Shown: positions 1-13,655, counted from the first letter of the stretch. The stretch is 64,000 bases of DNA from Octopus sinensis (GCF_006345805.1 NC_043007.1:69750001-69814000), one strand, 5' to 3'. Notes: generated by a model from the sequence alone, not told the origin. A program made the numbers and translations.

Positions 1-959
1 TGTATATAGTTATATGTACACACACACACACGTGTGCACAGACACATTTATATACATATGCATACCCATGCATAAATAGATAAAGAAGTTCTCTTCAGTA
101 TTCCACGATTAGAGATATAGTTCTGATATGTGAACGCTTTCCACTTGTATCCATGCAGCGACCAAAACCTTGTGAGTGAAATTAGCACACACACACAAAC
201 CACCAGTTACAACTATATGATGGTACTGCTGACTAGAAACACTCCAAAAATGATGACCTCTCTCCAGACAAATATTGGAGACTCAGATACTATCATCAAG
301 TGCAAAGTGAACCACTGGCTACAATGACTAATCAAACTGCCAAAGAGATATAACCATAACCTTAAACATGAGCTGTGAGTGGTAAGTAAAAATCTTCAAT
401 TTACTAAGAAGTAACTAGCAATAATCCCACAAGTGGTATATCACATATGAAAGGCATCACATTCAAGGTTATAAATGGCTTTCTCCAGAATGATCTAGTC
501 AGTTTAGATTGGGATCTGGAACATAATTACATTTCATTGCAGTTTTAATGTTTGTTTAAGAAATATACAATGTAGTAACTTATCTGTTTGCAGAAATAAA
601 GAAAGGATTTGGGGCTGTGTTGAACAACAACTTGTCAAGAAAACTGTCCTTAAGGAAGAGCAAAGCAATACTACTGAAATATACTGAATGTATGGCTACA
701 CTATAAGATGGCATTTGACTGTTCCTCATTCATGGGTAATAGAATCACTATGCCTTGCAAAGGTTGGAACTGCCATAGTTGATGTTCTTAAGAGACTGAT
801 AACATAGTTTATAGAACTATTAAGAAGAACAAAAGCTATTGCTATAGTCACTAAGCTATGTCACCTAGATTTCTGTGATGCAACTCATCTAAGAATTTAC
901 AACACATACTTCACAGAAACTAGTCAGTCACATCATCACCTACCTTATGCTGACCCCAC

Positions 960-2440
960 AGAAGGTCCAGCAATTCATCTACCTGAATAGTTATTCACAT
1001 AAGACAGGAAGATATCAGACATGATGACTGCTATTATCATTGCAAACTTCTGTAAGGGCAAAGGAGATGATTTAGAAAGAGGAAAATACAGAAGAATCAA
1101 GTTGTTAGCCCAGGCTCAGAAATTCAAAGAAGAGAGAGTGAGTGGGGGAGTATGTCAGAGTACAATTAATCAGAGACGGTCAGTTTAGATTAAATGCAAG
1201 TAGGCTTTGTATCTAAAAAAGGTTCCACAGATGCAATGTTCCTAGTAACACAATTACAGGAGAAATATTTGGCTAAGAGTCAACCATCTTGCCTAGAAAA
1301 TGATGACCTGGAGAAGGTCTTTGACAGAGTACCATGCGCTGCAATCAGCTGGTCACTAAAACAACTAGATGTAGATGAATGGTTTATGAGAGCTGTTCAA
1401 GCTATGTACAAAGATAGATGTAAGTATGGATCAACGATTGGTTCAGGGATGAATTTAGTATGAAGATGGGGTTCCATCAAGGCTCAGTCCTCAGTCCTTC
1501 CTTATTTATCATAGTCCTATAAGCCATCACAGAGAAGTTTGAGAATGGCTGTCCACGAGAATACCTACATACTGATGATATAGTTCTCATACCTGAATCT
1601 ATGGTGGAATTAAAGAAATTGTAGGCATGAAAGAAAAGCCTGAAACTAAGAACCTTTATGATAAGCTTACCTAAGACTCAAGTGTTAATAAGTAGGAAAG
1701 ATAACAGGACCTCTGTACTGGCAGGGAAATAGTATGATACATAAGAAGGGAGCAGGTATAAAACTTCAAAAAGTGTAGCTAATGTAGGCTACAAACATAC
1801 AAGAAATGGAGTGGGATCACAAATAGACTAACAGAAAAAGCTTGCTTTATATGTGGGAGATGCAGTGGAACAATATGGACCAAGAGCAGCTCACTGGAAG
1901 TAGTCAATAGTCTGTTTCCTAGATGACATAATTAGCAGGAAAGGAGTGATTGTTCAGAAAACACAGTAGCCAGGGTAAGAATGAATTAGAGAAAATCTGT
2001 TGGTAACAAAAGTGTTTTCCCTCTGAGTGAATAGTAGATTGTATGAGGTTTTATTTTAAAACAGCTATGCTGCATAGCAATAAGACATGAGCCTTGAATA
2101 CAGAGACTGGAGATGGCTAGAAAGAAATGAGACAAACATACTTTGATTGATGTGCAATGTTAGTGAACATGAATGCTACATAACAAATGAACTGAGAGAA
2201 AAACTGGGTATAACAGGAATCAGATGTCCACATGTGAGAAGGCTGAGCTAGTGAGAATATGTGATGTGCATGGAAGATGACTGCTGTATAAAGAAACACC
2301 AAACACTGCAAGTTAGTGGAACCTGTGGAAGAAGGTGACCAATGAAGACTTAGGACAAAGTGATGAAGGTGGACCAGAAGATGCTGCATCTCAAAGACAT
2401 TAGAGAACCATAATAATTGGTGATATGTGATGCTGTAGAA
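960..2440 (+). mobile_element. Decayed RTE-clade LINE (RT domain to C-terminus)
   Basis: KGKGDDLERGKYRRIKLL; QVGFVSKKGSTDAMFLVTQLQEKYL...DLEKVFDRVP; GFHQGSVLSP; YTDDIVLI; many stops and frameshifts. A possible APE end motif (SDQNLV) at about 155-175 suggests the relic extends to the window start. Confidence 0.9.
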
Positions 2441-3529
2441 GACATGTTAGTTTATGGTGAGACCTACTCTAACTTGAGCAGAGTGTTTCGAGGCTGCAAT
2501 ATTTGTATCCTGCCAGCCCTACAATTGCTGACCCTCACCTTACATCCTTGACCACCTCCCCCTATCTATTGTTCACCCCCTTCTTTTCACTCATAGTCAT
2601 CCAACTCGTCTCTCAACCACCACTACCTGTGCTGATCACACCATCCCCACGTGCCCTCCCAAAAGACGTATATAAGAGTATATGGCATTAAGCTACCATC
2701 ACCTATCAATACACAGTAATATCATTGTTCTGCTGCCAGCTATCACTTACTCTCACCTCTATTACCATCCCTCTTCTACCTTTACCTAATCACCAACATC
2801 TACCTTTATCCACCTGCTACTGCCAAACCTTCCTCCAAGCCACTTCTACATATACCTGTCTCCCCCCCCCCCCGTCAGACTCTTTTTTCCACTCTTCCAC
2901 TTATTCTGTTTCTTCTGATGTCATTGTTCTCTTTCCAATTCCCCACCCCCGAGTCATCTGTGCGAATGCACCACCCCTAATTTACTGAGTACTCTCTCCA
3001 TACATACATTCACTCCCTATCCCAACTTCTGGCCTTTCTGTTATTATTCCTTTTCCAAACTTGCCTTTATTGTGCACAAGGCCCCTTATCAGACATTGTT
3101 CACACAAAGCAGAGAAAGTGTAGGGTTACAAGGTCCTTCAAGTCCTATCTTACTAAGAACTGTTCAGAAAAATGCAAAAAATGCATGTAGTATACTCAGT
3201 AAAGTGGTTGGCACTAGGGAAGTCATCCAGCCATAGAAGTCAAGCCTGATGATACGTGTGAGCACCTTTGTCTCTTGTAGAGCAGTAGCTCCCAATGAGA
3301 GGTGGCACAAATGCTGATGGTTTGTTCAACATATGCCATGATGGAAAGTGGATGTAAAAAGTGATAATTTTGACATCACAACTCATCTAGAAGATAACAC
3401 TATTCAGAAAATAGTTACTAAATATCTAATCAACAAGGAACATTAGGATGCCTCTAGAACACAAGCTGAGAAACAAAATGTCAATAGTTCTACATTTGTG
3501 AGGAAAATAGCTTCCATATCACCAACTTG

Positions 3530-3790
3530 GCTTGGTTTCATGCTCTTGCTTGATGGGACTGGGTTCATTCCAAGTTAATGGCCCCATAGGTGTCATCATA
3601 CGTAGAGCCAACCAGGTCCACCTGTGCTCTCCATATTTGGTGGTCTTGTGCCAGCCCCTCTACATCCTCAACATCCAAACACCAACCAATCCAGTTGTCC
3701 AAAAATGTCCAAAAGATACTACTTTACCATGAGACAACGTTATTGCTAAAATCATCAACAGTACTGCAAGAAAGATTGTCTTCACAATCA
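3530..3790 (-). mobile_element. 3' fragment of a non-LTR retrotransposon ORF
   Basis: The minus frame reads DVEGLAQDHQIWRAQVD, like the AQDR..WR C-terminal motif of RTE/L2 ORF2. Confidence 0.45.
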
Positions 3791-4455
3791 TACCAAAGAT
3801 AAAGCTGAATTGGAAAGTATCCACACTCTTATATTAAGGAACACTATAGAAATTGTAAACCTAATGTAAACACAAGAGGCCAGGTGGTGTTCTATGGACA
3901 GAGAGCAAAAATCATGAATTGATGCAAAGATGAATGGCCCAGCAAATGTGAATATCTTGCTAAAACTCTGGGAGAAAAACAGATGTATATGAATAATTTC
4001 TGAGAAACTTACAGCTCTTATACTCTAGCTATAGATTTGCATAAAAGCCTAAAAATGTTGGGGTTTTCCAAAAGAGAACAAAGAAAACTGATTTGCACAC
4101 TCCAAAAATAATTAATTAGAGGTTGAGAGAAAATTTGTAAAACAGTTCAGGAATTCACCATTTGAGGTTCCTAGGCTAAACACACACACATACAGTATTG
4201 AAGCACACATGCTTGTGTACTGAAGTAGCATGTATTTCCACTATATGAGCGCAATTTTATTTGCATTCATGCACGCACAAACTAGTCCAGCTATCACAAA
4301 TCCAAAGAGCTCTCTTGATGTAAACAAAAGAGCCTTGTCACTTTGTAAGTGACTGACTTCAATTCTGTGAAGAAAAAAGACCTAATTAAATCCAAAAAAG
4401 CAGTATATACATACCAGTAAACATACATACACACGCAGAATCACATACATACATA

Positions 4456-4710
4456 ATTTTAATGCACCCTTTTAAAGCCTAGCCAGGTTCATGGGCCCAG
4501 TTTCTCGGTTTCAATGGCGTATGTGTTCCCCAGCTGGACGGGATGCCAGTCCATCGCAACGTTACTCATTTTTGCCAGCTGAGTGGACTAGAGCAACGTG
4601 AAATGAAGTGTTTTGCTCAAGAACACAACGCGTTACCCGGTCCAGGAATCGAAACCACAATCTTACAATCATGATGCTGACACCCTGACCACTAAGCCAT
4701 GTGCCTCCAC
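4456..4710 (-). mobile_element. tRNA-derived SINE with a CORE-like central domain
   Basis: A/B boxes (ggcttagtggtcagg; ggtttcgattcctgg) followed by tgttcttgagcaaaacacttcatttcac...gctggcaaaaatgagt, similar to the CORE domain. Octopus OR1/OR2 are described CORE-SINEs. Confidence 0.7.
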
Positions 4711-5475
4711 ACATACATACATACATACAAATATTTACACATATACGCACATCTACATATGCACACATATGCATCCATCCACACACAGTTTCCTTCCTTT
4801 GCTCTTGTATCCAGATTTTGAAACATTTTGTATATTTTTTTTATATTACAATTCCCTTCAATACTTCTAATTAAAAATAAATTTAGAAAATCTGTAATTT
4901 TTTTTTTCCATCAAAAATCCTTCTGTAATCACAAAAAATATATTCAAAAAGTGACATCACTAAAGCTGGAGAAAGACTATAGTATTTAAGATAGTTTGTT
5001 AATGTAAATATGTCTCCAAATAAGGATTCAACTTTTGCTTGCATCGATCAGATGTCTGCAGTTTTTGTTCACCACAAATGCCATCATTTCTTCTGGTGTC
5101 ATTTTATTCCTAGTGTTAACAAATTGTAGATAACTACCAGGAATGGTAGGTAATATATTCACTATATTTCCAAAAGAACTATTCTAAATATGCAAGATAT
5201 ATTTGAAGGATGTTGAATTCATTATATTTGCAAGAAGACCAACAAAATGTTTAGATTTTAAATGCATAAAGAATAGCATGTGAGCATAATTTGATTAACC
5301 TATTAATTTGAAATTTAGAACCAATTACAATTAATATCATTGAGTATATGTAAATTATGGCAAGCAAGAGAAAGAAACTTACATGATGAAAATATAAATT
5401 AAAGATGATGTGGTCAGATTTCATATCAATGGGAAGTAATAGAACATAGTAAATTACATAAGGGTGTGTAGCATG

Positions 5476-5515
<40 letters not shown>

Positions 5516-5721
5516 AGAAACTACTTTAATAAGGATTCGAAAATAGTTGTCTGTTAAATGTAGGTTAATAAACACTAATTTTATATATGTATATACGCAC
5601 ACATACACACCCATAAGTTTTATTAATCTTTCATCTCAAGCTAGGTAATGTTCACAAGTAAGAAATAGTTTTACAATAAGTGTTCTTAGCAGTACAGTAA
5701 AGCCTAGGTGCAACTACTCAC

Positions 5722-5760
5722 CTAAGAGACGGCAGTTTGCCATAATACACAGGTTTGGCC
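5722..5760 (-). CDS. EML: EML microexon (39 nt, phase 2-2): AKPVYYGKLPSL(R)
   Basis: Acceptor atcatttattctag|G and strong donor TTAG|gtgagt. Open frame in phase with both upstream exons. Confidence 0.65.
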   Translation of the reverse strand, partial: GQTCVLWQTAVS

Positions 5761-6868
5761 CTAGAATAAATGATAACATCGCAGGTTATGTAGACATAGA
5801 AAATAACACTTTTCAATGACACGTGACAAGAATAGTCTCTTGCTGTTGTGCTTTTTTTATTTTTTTTAATCCTGGATTTGATAGTACTGTAGAAGATGAA
5901 CAACAAGTGTTCTGTAGTTTTGTAGATATTTTAAGGTTGGGTGAACAAAAATTGGTTCATAAAGAAATATTTCATATCAGCTTATAGTGATCAAGTGAAT
6001 ATTTTGGCTAATATGAAAACTGCAGATCAATTAACAACACAATTGGCTAACATGACTTAAAATGATGCATTCAAAAAGATATTTACTAATTAAAAAATTT
6101 GAAAGACAAAAAAAAGAATAAATGCTTGGAAACTAATTTTTATATACAAAATAATTACAGTAGTTAATTAACCCCTAGATATTTTCATCCATCATTAAAT
6201 TTTGGCACATATAATAGTAATAAAAGAAAACAAATATTTTCTCATTATTTTTAGTTTCTCAAAAACCTCTCTATTAATTCTCAACAATTAACAGTTTTAT
6301 TTTAAATCAACTTCTTCATACATAAATCTCTAATGGATTGAAGTAATTAAAATGAGTAGATTAATAAAATATTTCAAAACAATAGTAAAAAACTAAAACC
6401 TATCTATTTAGGATGGACAGAATAGGTTGTACTACTATCACAGTTTAAAAGAAATAACAAAAATCATTAAATGTTATTAAATGTCTTCAACAGCCACTTA
6501 TAGGACTGAATGGAATGTTTCTAACAGAAAATTAAAATCTAACATTTATATCAAGTCCTTCAAGACTAAAGCAAAGCATTAGGATAGGTTCTTATTGACT
6601 ACAATATAGGGAGTCCATTTTTTCATTTTTTTTTTCTCTTTTTTTTTTTTCAGCTATAGTCCGGAAAAAGCATACATTTAAAGATATAAACAATTTTTAA
6701 AAAGATATATGCTAAGGTGCATAGAAGGTGCAAATAATATTTCAAAGCATCAATAATTTCTGAAATGCCAAATATCATTAAAGCAAAATGTTTCATTTCA
6801 CTGTCTTACATATTTTTAGATATATATGCATGGATGTTTAAGTGTACAGGTGTCTAATTGTGAGTATA

Positions 6869-6916
<48 letters not shown>

Positions 6917-6937
6917 CGCAATGTTTTGTTTTATTAC

Positions 6938-6982
6938 TCTTTTGCAGTTCCAGCTCCTGGACGTAAGTTAGAATCAAGTTTT
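6938..6982 (-). CDS. EML: EML microexon (45 nt, phase 2-2): (R)KLDSNLRPGAGTAK(E)
   Basis: Long pyrimidine tract ending ctattttttcag|A. The donor GA|gtaata is weak, and read-through gives GAG TAA (stop). In phase with exon 17078. Confidence 0.6.
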
Positions 6983-7439
6983 CTGAAAAAATAGAAAAAT
7001 GACAAATATTGACAGAAAAGAATGAGGAAAAAAAGTAAATAGCTGAAAAGGAAATAAACCTGAAAACAGTTAGAGATGACCAGATTCCAGAACCATGATA
7101 GTTCTATCAACAACAAAATTAATAAAAAATACTGATCATAGAAAAAAACAAAAAATTATGTTAGGTATTGGATACCAAAGAAATGTTTGAAATAGATTTG
7201 ATTTATTTCATTTACAATCTAATGATTACATTAAATGATATTTCTAGGTAACAGTTAATTCAATGTTGGTTTCTTGTGACTAAACACAAAGGTCTGTAGC
7301 ACTGGATTCAAACCCGTTTTGCTACATACAAATTTCAAATCACAATTCAGCCATGGTTTGATCATGTGCATAACTGAGATCTTGTCCAATGAATGATTGC
7401 TGTTCATGTGATAGGTTTTCAGACCATCCGGAACTTTCT

Positions 7440-7728
7440 GTGAGCAGGGTAAAGACCCCCTTTGGTCATGAATGACCATGGGATGCCCCTAGAAAATTCC
7501 CCTCCAAGGTACAAGTCTAGACAAGTTTGTTTAAGAAAGATCAGCAGTCACCCATGCACACCAGCCTCTCCTCTCCATGCCATTAATAACACCGCAACTT
7601 AATTTTACAGTGGAGTGAACTGCAACAACATCAAATAAAGTTCCTTGCTCAAGAACATAACAGGAATCGAACTCACAACTCCATGATTGTAAGCCCAATG
7701 CTCTAACCACTGAGCTATGTACCTTCAC
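7440..7728 (-). mobile_element. tRNA-derived SINE (CORE-like, different 3' tail)
   Basis: agctcagtggttagagc...gagttcgattcctg head, then ttcttgagcaaggaactttattt. Confidence 0.65.
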
Positions 7729-7765
7729 AAAAAATGTCTACAGACAGCCATGGGACTCAAACCTG

Positions 7766-7819
<54 letters not shown>

Positions 7820-7828
7820 TATATATAC

Positions 7829-8121
7829 ATCACCATGACCGACCAGGCTATCAGATGTTGCTTCACATAGCTGGTAACAATGCACTTCGCATTGTTTTTG
7901 CCTTCAAATGACGCCACCCCACTGGTTAAGCGAGCAGGCCAACAGAAGAAAGAGTGAGAGAAAGTTGTGGTGAAAGTGTACAGCAGGGATCGCCACCACC
8001 TCCTGTCGGAGCCTCGTGGAGCTTTAGGTGTTTTTGCTCAAACACTCACAATGTCTGGTCTGGGAATCGAAACAGCAATCCTATGACGAGTCCGCTGCCC
8101 TAACCACTGGGTCATTGCGCT
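7829..8121 (-). mobile_element. tRNA-derived SINE, family B
   Basis: Head and body match the copy at 40826-41209 (aaaacacctaaagctccacgaggctc...ctgctgtac.ctttcaccacaactttctctcactct). Confidence 0.8.
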
Positions 8122-8179
8122 TACACACACACACACACACACATACATACATACATACACACATATATATATTTATTAG

Positions 8180-8350
8180 GGGAGGGTAAGCCAATTACAT
8201 TGAGCCCAGTGTTCAACTGGCACTTATTTTACTGGCCCCAAAAGGATGAAAGGTAATAATCAACCTCAGCACAATTTGAACTTAGAAAGTAAAGACAGAT
8301 GAAAAGCTGTTATGCATTTTGTCTGGAGCACTAACAATTCTGCCACCTTA
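8180..8350 (-). mobile_element. Old copy of SINE family A
   Basis: Degenerate reverse complement of the ctttcatcctttcggggtcgataaattaagtaccag core. Confidence 0.65.
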
Positions 8351-8635
8351 CAACAACAACAACAACCATAATAATAATAAAGCTCTCAATTTCATTTTGG
8401 CACTACTATGAACTCTGTGAAGCTGCTCATTTCAATGCATAGATATTCATTCTATCATCCAAGAATCAAATATTCAAGATATATTTCTTGTTGAATGTAT
8501 TTTTAATTTAACGTCCAGAAATATTAACTTTAAGATGGTCAGTAGCGGGGTTCAGCAATGTCATACAAGGAAGAAAGATATTTTGCAGACCAAGTACTAA
8601 GGAGGCTTGGGAAATAATTCTAGCCAATATCATAA

Positions 8636-8880
8636 TCATCATCATCATCGTTTAGCGTCCGCTTTCCATGCTAGCAGGGTTGGACGGTTCAACTGGGGCC
8701 TGGGAAGCCAGAAGGCTGCACCAGGCCCAGTCTGATCTGACAATGTTTCTACGGCTGGATGCCCTTCCTAATGCCAACCACTCCGTGAGTGTAGTGGGTG
8801 CTTTTTACGTCCCACTGGCACAGGTGCCAGACGAGGCTGGTAAATGGCCACGAACGGATGGTGCTTTTTACGTGCCGACA
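8636..8880 (-). mobile_element. RTE-tailed SINE, family D (two hairpin-motif units)
   Basis: catcatcatcgtttagcgtccgctttccatgctagc...ctggatgcccttcctaatgccaaccactc. Other copies at about 3205-3362(+), 10935-11086(+), 11403-11620(-), 14195-14356(+), 21219-21355(+), 44095-44290(-), 47180-47257(+). Confidence 0.8.
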
Positions 8881-9594
8881 TTAGTAAAATGGAATGAACC
8901 AGGGATCTGCTGTTAACATAAAATGAAATGGACTTTTTAGCAGTGTAGTATTACTAATAACCTAACCTATGATATTACTGATCTGAACCTTAGCAAAACC
9001 CCTCCTCAAGTTCATTAACTTCATAATCCTCTTTTCTATCTGTAACTAACACCAACTAATATATACCTGAACCATGCAAATAGGGACAGTAATATTATGA
9101 AACTAGTCTGGAGCATTAACTTTGTCACCTAATATCTTGCTATCATTATATGTCGGATAACATTTATTATTCATTCTTACTCTTTTATCCCCGCTTTTAT
9201 CATCATCAATTGTCTAGACTGTAGCACACACAACCGTATCTTTCTGTATCTAACTCTTTAACATTCAGATTATTGTCATATGTAATACTTATTTATTTAC
9301 ATTGTCTTTGAATTAATCATGCATTATCTCGTAGCTTTGACATTTTGATGATGTACATGTTTATGTTTAGAATGACATTTTAGGGTAGGTGTGAGGTTGG
9401 ATCTAGCTGATTTGAACATAGAATATTCGGTGCAGAATATGGCCTTCATGATACACCAAATGTATGTGGAGTCTTTGGTATCGTTTACATGTGTGTGATT
9501 ATGTGGAACTGTGTACAGGTAGGATGTTGTTAATGAGTGAGATGTGTGCATGTGTATATATATATACATACATGCATACATACATACATACATA

Positions 9595-10854
9595 CAGTGG
9601 TTGGACAAAATAATGGAAACACCGAGCAACATAGCATCATAATTTTAAATAACTATAAAACCGTCAAAAGCTTGTTTACTTTTTGTTTTTTGTTTTATTA
9701 TTAGTTTTGCTATATTTTATTATATGTTTTGCTAAAATTGCTGCTTCTTTTCAGATATCATCAGGAAAAGATAATTAAAATTCATCAAAATGACAGATCC
9801 ATCGGACTTTCAAAGAGGTCAAATTGTTGGTGCTTGTATGGCAGGCGCTAGTGAAATGAAAACAGTCGAAATATTGGTGTATCAAGAAGTACTGTCTCGA
9901 AAGTAATGACAGCCTTTGAGAAAGGAGGGAAAAACCTCCTTGTCAAAATAAAACTCCAGAAGAAAACCAAATCTTTCAGATAGGGACTGTCGAACTCTTA
10001 CACGAATTGTTAGAAAGGATCACAGAAGTACAGCTCCCAAAATTACCGCAGAGCTTAATAATCACCTCAAGAACCCACTTTCCACAAAAACTGTTCGCCA
10101 GGAGCTGCACAAAGCCAGATTTCATGGGAGGGCAGCAATCAGAAAACCACTACTTTCAAAAACAAATGTTGCAAAGCTTTTAGAGTACAGAATTTGTCTC
10201 TAGAGCAGTGGAAGAATGTTATTTTCTCATACGAGTCATCCTTTACATTATTTCTGACCACTGGCTGAGTATACATCTCATCTAGAAGTATTTGACCCAG
10301 ACTGCCATCTTCCAACTGTTAAACATGGAGGAGGATTTGCGATGATGGGGGGGGGGCTATATCTTAGAAATCCGCCAGCCCAATGGTTTCCCTTCGTGGC
10401 TGAATTAATAATCAAGGCTATTTAAGAATTTTATCTGATTAAATTCATCCTATGGTTGTGGAACTGTTTCCGGAGGGAAATGCAATTTTTCAGGATGATA
10501 ATGCACCAATTCACACAGCTAAAGTTGTTACTGAATGGTACGAGGAACAGTCTAGTGAAATTGAACATCTTATCTGGCCACCACAGTTCCCAGATCTCAA
10601 TATTATTGAACATTTATGGTGCATTTTAGAAAAACAAGTAAGGAGTTGATATCCTCCACCATCATCACTACAAGAACTGGAGACTATTTTAGCTGAAGAA
10701 CAAACAAAAATTCCTTTGGAAACAATTCAAACTTTGTACAAGTCAATATCTCATAGAATTCAAGCTGTAATTACTGCCAAAGGCGGTCCTACCCCATATT
10801 AAAATAAATTTGCTTGAAATTTTAAGGTGTTTCCATTATTTTGTCTAACCCCTG
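9595..10854 (+). mobile_element. Near full-length Tc1/mariner transposon with DD36E spacing (Incomer-like); transposase pseudogene 9790-10802
   Basis: 29-bp TIRs (9595-9623 and 10826-10854, 27/29 identical) and a TA at the left flank. MTDPSDFQRGQIVGA..., FQDDNAPIHTA...WPPQFPDLNIIE (36 residues between D and E), ending KGGPTPY*. Stops and frameshifts present. Confidence 0.92.
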
Positions 10855-10919
<65 letters not shown>

Positions 10920-11083
10920 CGCGCATATATATCTACACTCGCGGAGTGGTTGGTGTTAGGAAGGGCATCCAGCTGTAGAAACACTGCCAGATCAGACTGG
11001 AGCCTGGTGCAGCCCCTGGCTTCCTAGACTCCGGTCGAACCGTCCAACCCGTGCTAGCACGGAAAACGGACGTTAAACGATGA

Positions 11084-11132
<49 letters not shown>

Positions 11133-12159
11133 CACACACACACACATTAATAAATGATTAAGGTGGCTAGATGCAATTTAAAGTCAAAAAGGAAAAAATT
11201 CACCATCACTAAAAGTGACTAAGGGTGCAGGGCAATACCAGCATTGCTACAAACAAGAGTCAAAGACTCTTTAGCCAAGAACAAAGCATGTTGTGTTTGT
11301 GGCTAAAGAGTCTTTAACTTGTTTCTAGCAATGCTAGACATTTTTAGCTTCCTTAGACACTTTTAGTGATGGTGAATTATATATATATATATATGTAAAA
11401 ATCATCATCATCATCATTTAAAGTCCCACTTCACCATGCTAGCATTGTCTGGATGGTTTGACAAGAACAAACAAGCCTAAGGACTCCACCAGGTTTTATG
11501 TCTGCTTTAGCAAGATCTCTATAGCTGAATGCCCTTCCTAATGTCACCCACTTAACAGAGTGTACTGGGTGCTCTTTTACATGGCACCAGCACTAGTGAG
11601 GTTGCCAAGTGTCTCCAAGGCAAAACCCCATCAATTGAGTGTAGAACAGACTGGAAGAATAAGAAACTATGATAGAGGGGAGAGAAGCAGGTGTCCTGTT
11701 GAAAAGGTGTCTACATGACAAGCCCACCTAGAAAATGAAAGGGAGAGAAAGAAAAAGATATGCAAGTTCAGGTACAAGATGAATATGAGACAATAGGACA
11801 GAAGAGCAGCAAAGTTGAATGTATAAGTGCAGTGTGTGAAAATAGTGTGACAGATGATTGGAAATAGGAAATGAATTGGACACAGAGGATATCAGTTCAG
11901 TGTAGGGGAAAGTGAAGGAAATAGGATAACATAGAAGATTGATTGATGGAAAGTGGGTGTTATGAGATAGATGGGTCTTTTCAAACACAGCATATTGCCA
12001 TTCATCTTGGCCCCCCCCCTATCGTCACTTCTGAGAGGAACAACATCTTGAGGTCAGCCTCCACTTCATACCATGTCTTCTTAGGTTTTCCTCCTCCACA
12101 GGTTCCTTCTACATTTAGCAATCGGCACTTTTTCTTATACAGCTGTCCTCATCCATCCA

Positions 12160-12762
12160 CATCATATGACCATACCAGTACAAATAGACAATCCGTGCAC
12201 TGGAAACACACCACCTCACCTGTTCCAAAGAAGGCCAAAGTCATTTTATCAGCAGGAAAGGTGATAGCCTGTTTTTTTCCAGATGCAACAAGCATCTCAG
12301 TTTTTTTCCAGATGCAACAAGCATTATACTTATAGGCTATTTTCAAAAGAGCCACACCATCAATGGAAAATACTATCCCAACTTGCTGCTTGTTTTATCA
12401 GGATAATGCTCCAGCACCCAAGTCCCTGATTTCAATGTCTACTGTGCATGGCTGTGGGTTTAAACTGGTTGATCACCTTCCCTATTCTTGTGGTTTCATC
12501 CCATCTGACAGTCATCTGTCCCCCAACAAGCAAAAACACTTCGCTGGGAAGAAGTATTGCAGTGATGATAGAATCATATTTGCTGATGACTTTTTTGATC
12601 AGCAGGATCAAAGCCGATTCACCAATGAGATTCAAGCCTTGCAACACTGATGGAAGACATATGTGGACTGTAAGAGGGACTATGTTGAAAAATAAGCCTC
12701 ATTTGGTCACATTCCAAGGGAGTATCTTGGTCAGCCTATGAACTATTCAGCCAACCCTCCTA
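12160..12762 (+). mobile_element. Mariner (DD34D-type) transposase 3' half with right end
   Basis: WKHTTSPVPKKAKVILSAGKVIACFF, FYQDNAPAPKS, HLPYS..IPSD..L, YVEK* motifs. Internal 24-bp duplication of tttttttccagatgcaacaagcat. Confidence 0.85.
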
Positions 12763-13310
12763 AGTTCTTTCTCATTCATATCTCACTTAATAATCATATT
12801 TATCAACAAACAGCAGATTAGTAAATTTACCCGATTTCTTTCTGCTCCTCTAGTAATAAATTCTCCTCCAGAAAGCTGTACAATTTATCTGCTATGACAC
12901 CAGTTAATAATTTTTAGAGTTGTCTTGTAATTCACAAGCATAAAAATTCCTATTGACTGAATGGAGGGAGAGTGAGAGACGGTTCATGACAGCAATAGAG
13001 GTGAATATAGTGAAAGATGAACAAGAGTGAAGAAAATAGGCATAGGCGAGAAGGACGAATATCAATAGATGTGGCTCAAGGAGCAGGGGAAATCGATGGC
13101 TAGCAGCACAGAAAAGGTAAGTAGCAGAATATTACAGGAGATTGTTGTTTCTTAACATTCTAAGTATTAAACAAGTTTTAACTCATTTAACTATGGTTAA
13201 GATATGTTGTCAAAACATAAGACTAAGAATAAAAAAATAACCAAAGCCTTAGTTCATTATAATATTTAAGAAAACTTAAATTACACTAGCATAAGGAAAT
13301 CAAGTAAAAC

Positions 13311-13427
13311 ACACACACACACACACACACAACATATAATATATATATATATATATATATGTGTGTGTATGTGTGTGTGTGTATATATATATGTGCATGT
13401 GTGTGTCTATATATATATATATGTGCA

Positions 13428-13510
<83 letters not shown>

Positions 13511-13588
13511 CTATATATATATATGTGTGTGTGTCTATATATATATATATGTGGTGTGTGTGTGTCTATATATATATATGTGTGTGTG

Positions 13589-13647
<59 letters not shown>

Positions 13648-13655
13648 TATATTAT
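13311..13655. repeat. Compound (CA)/(TA)/(TG) microsatellite with higher-order units
   Basis: Alternating (TA)n and (TG)n blocks. It generates the spurious Y/I/V/C ORFs at 13359-13728. Confidence 0.95.

Noticed and set aside
12831-12875. 45-nt phase 2-2 exon (FLEENLLLEEQKEI)
   Set aside because: No pyrimidine tract at the acceptor and a weak gtaaat donor; likely chance.
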